Shown here: positions 10,676 through 18,778 of the stretch, piece after piece | Numbering within the stretch: the first letter of the stretch is position 1 | How the letters are laid out: each line of letters opens with the position of its first letter | Assembly (NCBI GenBank): GCA_965202805.1 | Contig: OZ241869.1 | Coordinates: 3,520,001-3,584,000, forward strand | From: Longimicrobiales bacterium | GTDB lineage: Bacteria > Gemmatimonadota > Gemmatimonadetes > Longimicrobiales > Gaopeijiaceae | Length of the DNA: 64,000 nt | Direction of reading: 5' to 3' | The notes under the pieces: model-generated | Told to the model about the DNA's origin: nothing | The model's input: the letters and a program-made list of their open reading frames with translations, nothing else | Database searches by the model: none | Position numbers and translations under genes: made by a program

Positions 10676-11104
10676 ATGCTCAGGAACATCTTCGCCGCCC
10701 TCGCCGGCTACATCGCCATGGCCGCCGTGCTCTTCGCTCTCTTCTCTCTTCTCTGGCTGACGCTGGGGCCCACGCGCGCCTTCCAGCCGGGTTCGTGGGA
10801 GGTATCCGGCGGCTGGGTGCTCGGCCAGGTCGTGCTCGGGCTCGTGGCCGCGTACATCGGTGGACGAGTCTGTGCCAGGGTGGCGCGCGATGCCGGGGGC
10901 GCCACGATTCTGATCGGTCTGGTGATGGTGCTCGGGGTGATGACGGCCCTGATGCCGGGGGAGATGGCGGCGGGGCCGCGTCCCGACGACCTGTCGATGA
11001 TGGAGGCGACCGCGGGCGCCCGCCAGCCGGCATGGTTCAGCTGGCTCAACCCGGTAATCGGGGTCGTGGGCGTCTGGTTCGGTTCGAAGAAGTTGCGTGC
11101 GTAG
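10676..11104 (+). CDS. Hypothetical membrane protein
   Basis: RBS GGGAG; about four hydrophobic segments; host-like codon usage. Confidence 0.7.
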   Translation: MLRNIFAALAGYIAMAAVLFALFSLLWLTLGPTRAFQPGSWEVSGGWVLGQVVLGLVAAYIGGRVCARVARDAGGATILIGLVMVLGVMTALMPGEMAAGPRPDDLSMMEATAGARQPAWFSWLNPVIGVVGVWFGSKKLRA

Positions 11105-11330
11105 CGGCCCGATCGCGGGCTGCCCTGCTGGCCCTCCGCGCCATCCCGCCGGCTCGTCGCGCGGGGAGGCTGCCGGTTGCGTTTCGCGCTGCCCGCGATC
11201 CCGTTCGCCTAATCCTCAAGCACGAGTTCCAGTCCTTGCAAATGCCGTCCAGCCAAGTTCAGGGGAGTCCCGTAATGCAAGTTAAGATGTGGTGCTTGAA
11301 TAACTTATGTTACACTGCCGTGTCAGGACG

Positions 11331-11372
11331 TTCGGTACGTTCCAGTACCGAAAGGGTGACCAACAGGGTGAT
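11331..11372. repeat. Left-end palindrome TTCGGTAC-GTTCCA-GTACCGAA and AGGGTGA arm-type repeats
   Basis: Perfect 8-bp inverted repeat at 11331-11352. AGGGTGA at 11353 and 11365, with a third copy at 15043 on the far side of the IS. Confidence 0.6.
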
Positions 11373-11416
11373 TGCAAAGGGAATTACATACCTAAGTAAC
11401 CACGGAAGGGCTAAAT

Positions 11417-11635
11417 ATGTCGAAGCGTGATATCCCTGCGGGCCACATAGATGTTACGGGAGTATGCGTACCATTTAAACATCACGAAACGGGAGAACCG
11501 GTCCTAACGCCGTTTGAGAGACTCGGTCCAGATATCAGAGCCATTCTTTGTCAGGAGGTTGCCGAGTTCCTGCGCCGAGGTGGAGACCCGGGAATTACGG
11601 CGACAAATAAAATGAGAAAGTTATGCGATCCATGA
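11417..11635 (+). CDS. Small hypothetical protein (IS passenger)
   Basis: 72-aa ORF just inside the left TIR after GGAAGG; no recognisable motif. Confidence 0.4.
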   Translation: MSKRDIPAGHIDVTGVCVPFKHHETGEPVLTPFERLGPDIRAILCQEVAEFLRRGGDPGITATNKMRKLCDP

Positions 11636-11867
11636 TGTTCTTTTCCTTATGACACGTGTTGCAAAGAGCTTGCAGGTTGTCCTCATCATCAGTCCCATCA
11701 GCAAATAGTGGCCTGATGTGATCTATCTCGAGCGGAAACTCGCTATTTCGGCGGGGACATCTTTCTCCCTTGCTGTGGTGTGGACATATATACTGGCCCA
11801 TGCATTGACACTGATAGTCGGCACGGATTCGTACAAGCTCCTTCGTGATTTCTGATAGATCAGACAT
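11595..11867 (-). CDS. Small HNH endonuclease
   Basis: CQC...C, LEIDHIRP...GTDDEDNLQALCNTCHKEK: HNH/McrA-type motif with Zn ligands. Confidence 0.85.
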   Translation of the reverse strand: MSDLSEITKELVRIRADYQCQCMGQYICPHHSKGERCPRRNSEFPLEIDHIRPLFADGTDDEDNLQALCNTCHKEKNIMDRITFSFYLSP

Positions 11868-11894
11868 AAGCTCGCCCGTTGGGCTACCAACGGG

Positions 11895-12116
11895 TCACTT
11901 GTTCTCCGCTATACGATGCTGCGTACTCATAGCACGCAGTCCGTTGACGATGACCGCTGCTACAGATCGTGGTGCGCTATCGTCCACCAACCGAGTATAC
12001 GCTAGCGCCGCCAACATGCGCTCGGAGCCGGTGACATTGTATCCGCTCCACGACGCTCCGCTTGCCACGGACGCTAGCGTTTCTTCCAATAGTGTACGGC
12101 CTTTCTGGTTGGCCAT
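11895..12116 (-). CDS. Hypothetical protein upstream of the HNH gene
   Basis: 73-aa ORF with strong RBS (GAGAGGAG), co-oriented with the HNH gene and about 27 nt from it. Confidence 0.55.
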   Translation of the reverse strand: MANQKGRTLLEETLASVASGASWSGYNVTGSERMLAALAYTRLVDDSAPRSVAAVIVNGLRAMSTQHRIAENK

Positions 12117-12210
12117 GATTTTTCTCCTCTCTCTTTCCCGGTGTTCCGTATCTAGGGCGCACCAAGACTAGCTGGACAGCCCCCGATGCGCTACCCCCCT
12201 TGCCGACGAC

Positions 12211-12239
12211 TTGACTTCTGCGCGCCCAATGGTTACTAT
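12211..12239 (+). promoter_or_regulatory. Sigma70-like promoter of the transposase
   Basis: TTGACT-17 nt-TACTAT, followed by an AAGGAGG RBS. Confidence 0.65.
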
Positions 12240-12272
12240 TTTTATGTAAACGAATGAACACCGAAAGGAGGC

Positions 12273-13226
12273 ATGGAGACCAGACCGATGGCGAAGAAGG
12301 CACCCGGCAAGCACTTCAGGAAGGGCATAACGCTCGTCGACCTGTTCAGGAGGTTCCCTGACGATGAGGCGGCGGAGCGTTGGTTCGCGGACACGCGATG
12401 GGGCGGAGAGCCCGTGTGCCCGCACTGCGGCTCGATCAACGTCCAGGCAGGCACGACGCACCCTACGATGCCGTACCGCTGCCGTGATTACCGGAAGTTC
12501 TTCTCGGTGAAAACGGGAACCGTGATGCAGTCCTCGAAGCTTGGTCTCCAGAAGTGGGCCATCGCCATCTACCTGCTGGCCACCGGGATCAAGGGCGTGT
12601 CGAGCATGAAGCTCCACCGCGATCTCGGGATCAGCCAGAAGTCGGCGTGGCACCTGCTGCACCGGATACGCGAGTCGTGGGACGACAAGCAGCCGAGGTT
12701 CGCGGGCCCGGTCGAGGTCGATGAGACCTACATCGGCGGCAAGGAGAAGAACAAGCACGCGAAGAAGAAGTTGAGGGCTGGTCGCGGCACGGTCGGAAAG
12801 ACGGCGGTCGTGGGCGCTAAGGACCGTGAGAGCAACCGTGTTGCCGTGCAGGTGATCGAGCACACGGACAAGGCCACCCTACAGGACTTCGTGGACGAGC
12901 ACGCCGATCCAGGGGCGATGATCTACACGGACGGCGCGACAGCGTACGAGGGCCGGGAGCGGCACGAGACGGTTCGGCACAGCGTGGGCGAGTATGTCCG
13001 GGGACAGGCGCACACGAACGGCGTCGAGAGCTTCTGGTCGATGCTGAAGCGCGGATACTACGGCACCTACCACCGCATGAGCCCGAAACACCTCGACCGC
13101 TACGTGAACGAGTTCGCCGGCCGGCACAACATCCGGTGCAAGGACACCATCGAGCAGATGAAGGAAATCGTCCGTGGACTGGACGGGAAGCGGCTGCGCT
13201 ACCGAGAACTCGTGGGTCGACCTTGA
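12273..13226 (+). CDS. IS1595-family (ISXO2-like) DDE transposase
   Basis: Zn ribbon CPHC...C; HTH region; VEVDETYIGG, IYTDG, HTNGVESFWSMLKR, YVNEF. Confidence 0.95.
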   Translation: METRPMAKKAPGKHFRKGITLVDLFRRFPDDEAAERWFADTRWGGEPVCPHCGSINVQAGTTHPTMPYRCRDYRKFFSVKTGTVMQSSKLGLQKWAIAIYLLATGIKGVSSMKLHRDLGISQKSAWHLLHRIRESWDDKQPRFAGPVEVDETYIGGKEKNKHAKKKLRAGRGTVGKTAVVGAKDRESNRVAVQVIEHTDKATLQDFVDEHADPGAMIYTDGATAYEGRERHETVRHSVGEYVRGQAHTNGVESFWSMLKRGYYGTYHRMSPKHLDRYVNEFAGRHNIRCKDTIEQMKEIVRGLDGKRLRYRELVGRP

Positions 13227-13267
13227 CCGAAGGAAGGCCGAAAGGTTATATTGAGGGAATCAGAGCG

Positions 13268-13300
13268 AAAAAGCCCGCCACCGTGGCAGCGGTGACGGGC
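13268..13300 (-). terminator. Intrinsic terminator for the minus-strand M48 transcript
   Basis: On the minus strand, GCCCGTCACCG...CGGTGGCGGGC followed by TTTTT. Confidence 0.6.
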
Positions 13301-13313
13301 TCCTCTCTGGCTG

Positions 13314-13387
13314 GCCCACGTAGCTCAATCTGGACGGAGCACCTGCCTCGCAGCAGAAGGTTGCGGGTTCGAATCCCGCCGTGGGCT
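13314..13387 (+). tRNA. tRNA-like gene or pseudo-tRNA with a 6-nt anticodon loop; isotype unclear
   Basis: Acceptor stem GCCCACG/CGTGGGC; D stem GCTC/GAGC; T arm GCGGG-TTCGAAT-CCCGC; anticodon arm CCTGC-CTCGCA-GCAGA; no encoded CCA. Confidence 0.75.
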
Positions 13388-13464
13388 CTTACAGAATATC
13401 ATAACGTTTCTGGAGCGCAAGCGCAACCCCTGTTAGGGCGTTGCTGAGCACACGTCAAGTTCTT

Positions 13465-14274
13465 CTACCCCAGTGGCTTACAACTTGTCCCGAGCTTCCG
13501 TCCGTCGACTGCGGTCGGGACCAGGGATTCGCCCGCTGCCAGCTTTGCCGCGATCTCGCGGGCGGTGGTTTGGATATCAAGGTACCGCTGTGCGGTGCTT
13601 GGGTGGGTGGCCGTTGCGGTTGCCGCGATGTACGACGGGTTCGCGCGGCCCAAACGCCTCCAGAAGGCAGCAGCACCAGAAACGTCGTATCCAGCGCGCG
13701 CGGCAAAGTACGTGCCTATGTAGTCCGCTTCCGACTCGAATTCCTGTGAGAAAGCATGGAGGCCCGCGTTGGTGAACTCGCTGCCACGATACCCGGTGAC
13801 GGCACCGTACACAGCATCGCCGAGTGCACCAAAGAAGGCATTCCGACGCTTGGCCCCGATGTGGCCGCAGGCCGCGTGTGCAAGCTCGTGGCCTACCACC
13901 ATGGCGATTTCGGCGTCGTTCTCGGCGAAATCGAGTAGCCCGTTCGACACCATGATATCGGTGCCATCCGTTGCGGCGGTGACCTGGGTTGTCGGTAGCC
14001 GCACAAGGCCGTAGGCGCAGGAGACGGTGCCATCCGGTAGGCTGATGATCTTCGTCACACTGCAGAAGTATCCGTTGGCGGCGAGAACGCGCCGACCAAC
14101 GTCCATGAACCGGAGTAGGAGTTTAGGGGACTGGACAGCGTTCGGGCCGCGCTGACGCGCTTGTTCACGCGCTACCGCCGTTGGACCGGAGTAGGGAGCA
14201 CGGGAGGTGGGGGTTGCACACGCGGCTAGCGCAGCAAGGAGGAGGAACAGGAAAAACGCACGGGACCGATTCAT
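13465..14274 (-). CDS. M48-family zinc metallopeptidase lipoprotein
   Basis: Lipobox LAAC; EIAMVVGHELAH; ESEADYIG; THPS. Confidence 0.88.
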   Translation of the reverse strand: MNRSRAFFLFLLLAALAACATPTSRAPYSGPTAVAREQARQRGPNAVQSPKLLLRFMDVGRRVLAANGYFCSVTKIISLPDGTVSCAYGLVRLPTTQVTAATDGTDIMVSNGLLDFAENDAEIAMVVGHELAHAACGHIGAKRRNAFFGALGDAVYGAVTGYRGSEFTNAGLHAFSQEFESEADYIGTYFAARAGYDVSGAAAFWRRLGRANPSYIAATATATHPSTAQRYLDIQTTAREIAAKLAAGESLVPTAVDGRKLGTSCKPLG

Positions 14275-14329
14275 GACGGGCTTGCCCTCCGTCCGAAGTG
14301 TGAAGACGCGCGGCACAACGGGTGCCGGG

Positions 14330-14479
14330 CCGTTGGCAAGCCTACCGCGCAGGGAAACTGCGGGAAGAACTCCTGCCTGTTCGCCCGGGGCGGGGAGCTA
14401 CCCACGACACCCTTGATGGGCTCTTGTATTCGGCAGGTAACCCGACATGGACTACCTGCGCAGTACGGCTTGCCAACGG
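14330..14479 (-). ncRNA. Candidate structured RNA (~150 nt) of unknown family
   Basis: ~24-bp closing stem (14330-14353 with 14455-14479) and nested stems CGGG/CCCG, CCTGCC/GGCAGG, CCCA/TGGG. A minus-strand TTGCGG-18-TATCCT promoter-like motif lies immediately upstream. Confidence 0.5.
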
Positions 14480-14569
14480 TGAGGATAACCCGACTTGATC
14501 GGTCACCGCAAGCGATGCTATCTTTGTCTTCGACGCTGATGAAAACCAACTTCGGGAGCGGAGCCGTTC

Positions 14570-14737
14570 ATGTCAGAAAAGCGACCACGGGGGCGTCCCG
14601 TCGAGTACCCTTACCCGGACCCGATCCCGGACACGCCGGAGAACATCGCCAAGGCTATCCTCGCCACACCACCGAAGAAACCCAAGGAATGGCGGTTCGT
14701 GCAGAAGCGCGAGAGACAAACGAAGCAGGATCGCTAA
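14570..14737 (+). CDS. Small basic protein with AT-hook-like RPRGRP motif (55 aa; not in the ORF track)
   Basis: MSEKRPRGRPVEYPYPDPIPDTPENIAKAILATPPKKPKEWRFVQKRERQTKQDR*, preceded by GGAG. Confidence 0.65.
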   Translation: MSEKRPRGRPVEYPYPDPIPDTPENIAKAILATPPKKPKEWRFVQKRERQTKQDR

Positions 14738-14739
14738 TA

Positions 14740-14991
14740 GTGGATATTGGCGAAGCCCCGGAGCACGTTGATGAACGTGCCATTTACTCAGTGCCAAGTA
14801 TGTATTCGTTCTTCTGTGGGTGCCAAAACGAGCCCATGTCCAATACCTACATCAAGGATCACACCGCCGTGGTTTGTGGCCGGTGCGGAAAAGCGGAATC
14901 TATCTCGGACATGATTACGTCCTGGAAAATCGACGGAATCAAGATTGACGTCAGAATAAGCCCGAGGATTTTCACACACTTCCGAAAGTAA
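14740..14991 (+). CDS. Small Cys-rich (CxC...CxxC) hypothetical protein
   Basis: GTG start 2 nt after the previous stop; FCGC and CGRC motifs; ends just inside the right TIR. Confidence 0.45.
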   Translation: MDIGEAPEHVDERAIYSVPSMYSFFCGCQNEPMSNTYIKDHTAVVCGRCGKAESISDMITSWKIDGIKIDVRISPRIFTHFRK

Positions 14992-15053
14992 GAACAGTGG
15001 GTCAACTTCGTGGTTACTTAGGTATGTAATTCCCATTGCAAAAGGGTGACCAG

Positions 15054-16220
15054 ATGGGCAAACACGGCAGGAAACTCACCGCCGCCTTCGTGCGGAACGT
15101 CCGGGAACCGGGCCTGTACTGGGACGAGCACGGCCTCGTGCTCCGCGTCAAGCCGTCCGGCTACAAGCAGTGGATCCAGCGGTTCTTCATCCACGGCAAG
15201 CGCCGGGAACTGGGATTGGGTCCCCTCCGCCTCGTGACGCTGGCCGAGGCGCGGGACGCGGCGCTGGCCAACCGCAAGGTGGCCCGAGCGGGCGGGGATC
15301 CGAGGAGGACGCGGCGGCGCTCGGTGCCGACGTTCGAGAAGGCGGCGGCCAAGGTATTCGCGATGCACCGTCCGAACTGGACCGACAGGCACGCGGGCCA
15401 GTGGATGTCGACGCGGCGCGCGTATGCGTTCCCCATGATCGGGCGGAAGCGGGTGGACCATATCTCGCCCGCCGATGTCATGGGGGTGCTGCTTCCGATC
15501 TGGAACGAGAAGCACCAGACGGCCAAGCGGGTCCGGCAGCGGATCGGAACGGTGATGCGCTGGGCGATCGCTCAGGGCCACCGGGTGGACAACCCCGCGG
15601 GCGACGCGATCGGGGCAGCCTTGCCCAAGCCGCCCCGCGTCCAGAAGCACTACAAGGCGCTGCCCCACGCGAAGGTGGCCGGGGCGATCGAGGCGGTCCT
15701 CGCGTCCGAGGCGAGGGTGACGGTGAAGCTGGGATTCGAGTTCCTGGTGCTGACGACCTGCCGGTCCGGCGAGGTGCGGGGAGCGCGCTGGAAGGAGTTC
15801 GACTTGGACGACGGGGTGTGGACGATCCCGGCGGAGCGGATGAAGAGCCGCCGCGAGCACCGGGTGCCGCTGTCGGGGCGGGCGCGGGAGATTCTGGCCG
15901 GGGCCAAGGCGCACGCGCCCCAGTCAGAGTTGGTGTTCCCGTCCGCGCGGGGGCTGGTGCTGCCGAGCTTCGAGTTCGCCGGCCTGCTCAAGGCCCTCGG
16001 GGCCGGGGCCGTGCCCCACGGGTTCCGTTCGAGCTTCCGGGACTGGGCGGCGGAGCGGACGGACGCGCCGCGCGCGGTCATGGCGGCGGCGCTGGCGCAC
16101 GCGGTGCGCAACAAGGTGGAGGCCGCCTACGCCCGCTCCGACCTGTTCGAGCGCCGCCGCGTCCTGATGGAGCGGTGGGCGGAGTATCTGGCGGGCGGAC
16201 GGGAAGGCGCCGAAGCCTGA
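15054..16220 (+). CDS. P4-like tyrosine integrase with N-terminal arm-binding domain
   Basis: LTAAFV...GLVLRVKPSGYKQW...GKRRELGLG; catalytic CRSGE, HGFRSSFR, LAH, AAY. Confidence 0.93.
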   Translation: MGKHGRKLTAAFVRNVREPGLYWDEHGLVLRVKPSGYKQWIQRFFIHGKRRELGLGPLRLVTLAEARDAALANRKVARAGGDPRRTRRRSVPTFEKAAAKVFAMHRPNWTDRHAGQWMSTRRAYAFPMIGRKRVDHISPADVMGVLLPIWNEKHQTAKRVRQRIGTVMRWAIAQGHRVDNPAGDAIGAALPKPPRVQKHYKALPHAKVAGAIEAVLASEARVTVKLGFEFLVLTTCRSGEVRGARWKEFDLDDGVWTIPAERMKSRREHRVPLSGRAREILAGAKAHAPQSELVFPSARGLVLPSFEFAGLLKALGAGAVPHGFRSSFRDWAAERTDAPRAVMAAALAHAVRNKVEAAYARSDLFERRRVLMERWAEYLAGGREGAEA

Positions 16221-16321
16221 TCCGACCGTTCTGCATCTGCCGCTTCCGCGAAGGCGAGAGGCTCAGGAGCCGATTCCGGCCTCCTTGGGAGGTATTCCAA
16301 AGAACGATTAGCACCGTCCCT

Positions 16322-17455
16322 TCAGAGTGCATTCAACCGTACCAGCACGTTCTCAAGTCTCTCCACGAGGTCGTCGATGTGGTCCGCCGCGGTGGCATGG
16401 CTCACCGTCCAACCTTTGTAGCCCTTGGAGTAAGCCTCTTCGGCGTAGGACACCAAGCTTCGATCCGCCCATCGCGCGAGGACCCTCCAGACCTCCCCGT
16501 CCAGTTGATCCTGGTCTTCCGGAATTCGCGTACCGTAGGTAACACCCTTGGCCCATCGCGGCCATCCGTGGAGGACGGTGGGCGGGCAAAGCCAAGCGAT
16601 AGTGGCCGGTTGCGGCCATAGGGAGCACTTGGTCGTGATGGAGACCAAGTGCTTCCCCCATCGAAAACCCGCGCCCTTCTGCTCAGCTGCATCCAGCAGC
16701 CGGGACGCCGCTTGCCGATGCCGGTCGTCGCGAAAGGCGGCCAAGAATGAATCTCGCCTAAGTCTCGGGGCGCCCCTGCCTGTCGCCTTCGCCGTCCGCC
16801 CGATGACGCGCGGAACGAACATCTCCCCCGAACCGCCACCGAAACGCTTGACCTCCACCGCGAGCACTTCGATGTCGCGCATCTGACCGTTGAGAAACTC
16901 CACGACTCGCGCCAACCGATCCGGGATTCGGTCCGCAACGAACAGAAGGCGTAGCCGCTTCGCCGCAAGATTCGTCGACACCCTTTCCCAGAACCTGTCG
17001 GCGTCCGGTTCGTCGTTGCCCTGCAAGAGTACCGCGAGCACCTCATCGGGATTCCGGTCCTGAGAGCGCGCCGATTTCTCAAACGCCTGCCGAAGTTCAG
17101 CCGCTGTCCAAGTCTCGGAAGCATGCGCCGCGTATTCGAGCATCTGGCCGACGATCTTCCGATGGATGTCCGAGTTGTCGCGCAGCTTCACCTCAACGAG
17201 GGTCGGCCTGGCATCCTGATCAATGATGAGGTGGTCGAGCGACCAACGGGCACCGGCGTCGGAGGTCTCGGCAATCCCCTTCTCGCGACCGACCAGGATC
17301 CATCGCCGGGCGTCGTCCGGCCGGATCTGCTCTCCATCGATCAGTTCGGGATGCTCTGCGATCAGTTCTTGAAGGTGGGACTCGGCGGCGAATGTCTCTT
17401 CCTTCACTCCCTCGAATCCTCCCTCCTGACCCCTTATCCATATCCGCTCGGCCAT
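16322..17455 (-). CDS. PD-(D/E)XK nuclease, NucS/DUF91-like, with C-terminal extension
   Basis: ATG 17455 after AAGGAG; ESHLQELI, LDHLIID...LVEVK, IVGQMLEYAA. Confidence 0.75.
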   Translation of the reverse strand: MAERIWIRGQEGGFEGVKEETFAAESHLQELIAEHPELIDGEQIRPDDARRWILVGREKGIAETSDAGARWSLDHLIIDQDARPTLVEVKLRDNSDIHRKIVGQMLEYAAHASETWTAAELRQAFEKSARSQDRNPDEVLAVLLQGNDEPDADRFWERVSTNLAAKRLRLLFVADRIPDRLARVVEFLNGQMRDIEVLAVEVKRFGGGSGEMFVPRVIGRTAKATGRGAPRLRRDSFLAAFRDDRHRQAASRLLDAAEQKGAGFRWGKHLVSITTKCSLWPQPATIAWLCPPTVLHGWPRWAKGVTYGTRIPEDQDQLDGEVWRVLARWADRSLVSYAEEAYSKGYKGWTVSHATAADHIDDLVERLENVLVRLNAL

Positions 17456-17647
17456 TGCCTTGCTCCTTGGGGTTTGGTGCGCGACAACATGGTAGTCCGT
17501 CGTCGCCAACTCGGCCAATTGGGGGAATCCGACGCGGACGAGCCGGGCGGTGGTTGCGCCAGGCGTCCTAGCCGGGTCTTTGGCTGAGCCTCGCGCAGTG
17601 GAGCGCGAGAGGGTGCTCGGAGCCGCGCTCGGTCCCCTTGCCTGGGA

Positions 17648-17739
17648 GCGGGCTCTCGGCCTGTTAGTGGCCGGGAGCCCGCCGACGCATGTTGAACACT
17701 GCGGCTTGGCAAGGAGAGGCTCCGCTCCCCTTAGACCCC
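17648..17739 (-). repeat. Structured module Y2, inverted homologue of 18441-18534
   Basis: Alignable by eye; hairpin GCGGGCTCCCGGCC-ACTAACA-GGCCGAGAGCCCGC. Confidence 0.65.
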
Positions 17740-18179
17740 TTGGGTTTCCGCGCCGGTGTCGGCGCGGCAGAGGGTTGGCGGCCGCCTCCGGACCCTCGTC
17801 CCCATTCCCGCCCGCCGGCGGGTGCCGGGGGCCGGGCCGCGAGCGCACATGTGAAATCGGGGTGCATGTGCGCGGCACCGAGCTTCGGCCGTGCACGTCT
17901 GCGACTGCGCATGCCGTTGTACGGCTTTCGGTTGCACCACGACCTCCGGGGCGGCTGCGCCGCGCCGGAACCGGAGGCCGTGACCGGAGCGACCCACCTC
18001 TTGCGATGCCTGGTGTGGCATCGGCGGAGGTTGAGATGTGCACTCCATCCCAACCTCCCCGGCGGGTCGCTCCCGTCCATCAGTCCTTGCAGGAAGGCAC
18101 CGGCCAGTGGCCGTCAGAGGTGCTTGTTCTCGCGGCTCGGATCGACCGGACGGAGCCCAACCGGGGAGCCGGATCCATA

Positions 18180-18248
18180 GGGGGCTCGACCCCGGCGGAG
18201 GGACGGGCGGAGTCCGTCCCGGAGGCCGGGGGGACCGGCACCGAAGCG
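18180..18248 (+). repeat. Structured module X1, inverted homologue of 20455-20520
   Basis: 17-nt identity GGGGGCTCGACCCCGGC plus shared GGGACGG/CCGTCCC stem. Confidence 0.7.
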
Positions 18249-18440
18249 ATGGCAACGCCGACCACTCCGCCCGCCGGTCACGACGCAGGGCTCACCCGCG
18301 AAGCCGACGGCCTCGACCGGCGGTGATCGGTGGTCGGTGGGAGAACATCCGGCGACTGGCCGCCTTGGGGGAGTGTTCGGCTCCCTTGGAAATGGCCGAA
18401 CTCCCCAACCGCGAACGCTGCCGGAGCGCGGGTTTTCCGG

Positions 18441-18534
18441 GGGGATCTGAAGGGGGGCGGGAGCACCCCTCGCCAGCCGCAACGTTAAACGTTGCGTGTG
18501 CTGGCTTAGGGCCAGTAACGGGCCCAAAGCCAGC
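18441..18534 (+). repeat. Structured module Y1, oriT/nick-site-like
   Basis: Palindrome CGCAACGTT-A-AACGTTGCG, CTGGCTTA, and hairpin GCTGGCTTAGGGCC-AGTAACG-GGCCCAAAGCCAGC. Confidence 0.6.
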
Positions 18535-18778
18535 GCGGCGGAGCCGCTGACACCGCCTCTCGGGGTGCCGCCCCGGAACAGCGTCCACCGGACCGTCACG
18601 GGCAAGCTCCCCGGCCTCTCGGTCGCCAGCCTCAAGGACGGCGAGGAGCGTACCCCGGCGCTCCTGTCGCGCGATTCGTACTCCGGCCTACCCGTACCCC
18701 TCGGCGACCGGCGATCGTCGCTTCCGGCGATCCCTTGCTTGCTCGGGGACCACTAACGGTCGTTGAGCCAGCCAACCT

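Larger units (their letters stand above)
11379..15034. mobile_element. IS1595-family transposon with passenger genes
   Basis: Perfect 26-bp TIRs GGGAATTACATACCTAAGTAACCACG (11379-11404 and 15009-15034); 8-bp TSD ATTGCAAA (11371-11378 and 15035-15042); ISXO2-type DDE transposase inside. Confidence 0.95.

Noticed and set aside
11595..11867. HNH protein as an IscB/Cas9-like RNA-guided nuclease
   Set aside because: Only 90 aa, with no RuvC, PLMP or bridge helix; the host element is IS1595, not IS200/605.
14330..14479. Retron msr-msd, 6S RNA or HDV/theta ribozyme identity for the structured element
   Set aside because: No reverse transcriptase in the window; no 6S consensus recognised; I could not build the HDV double pseudoknot.
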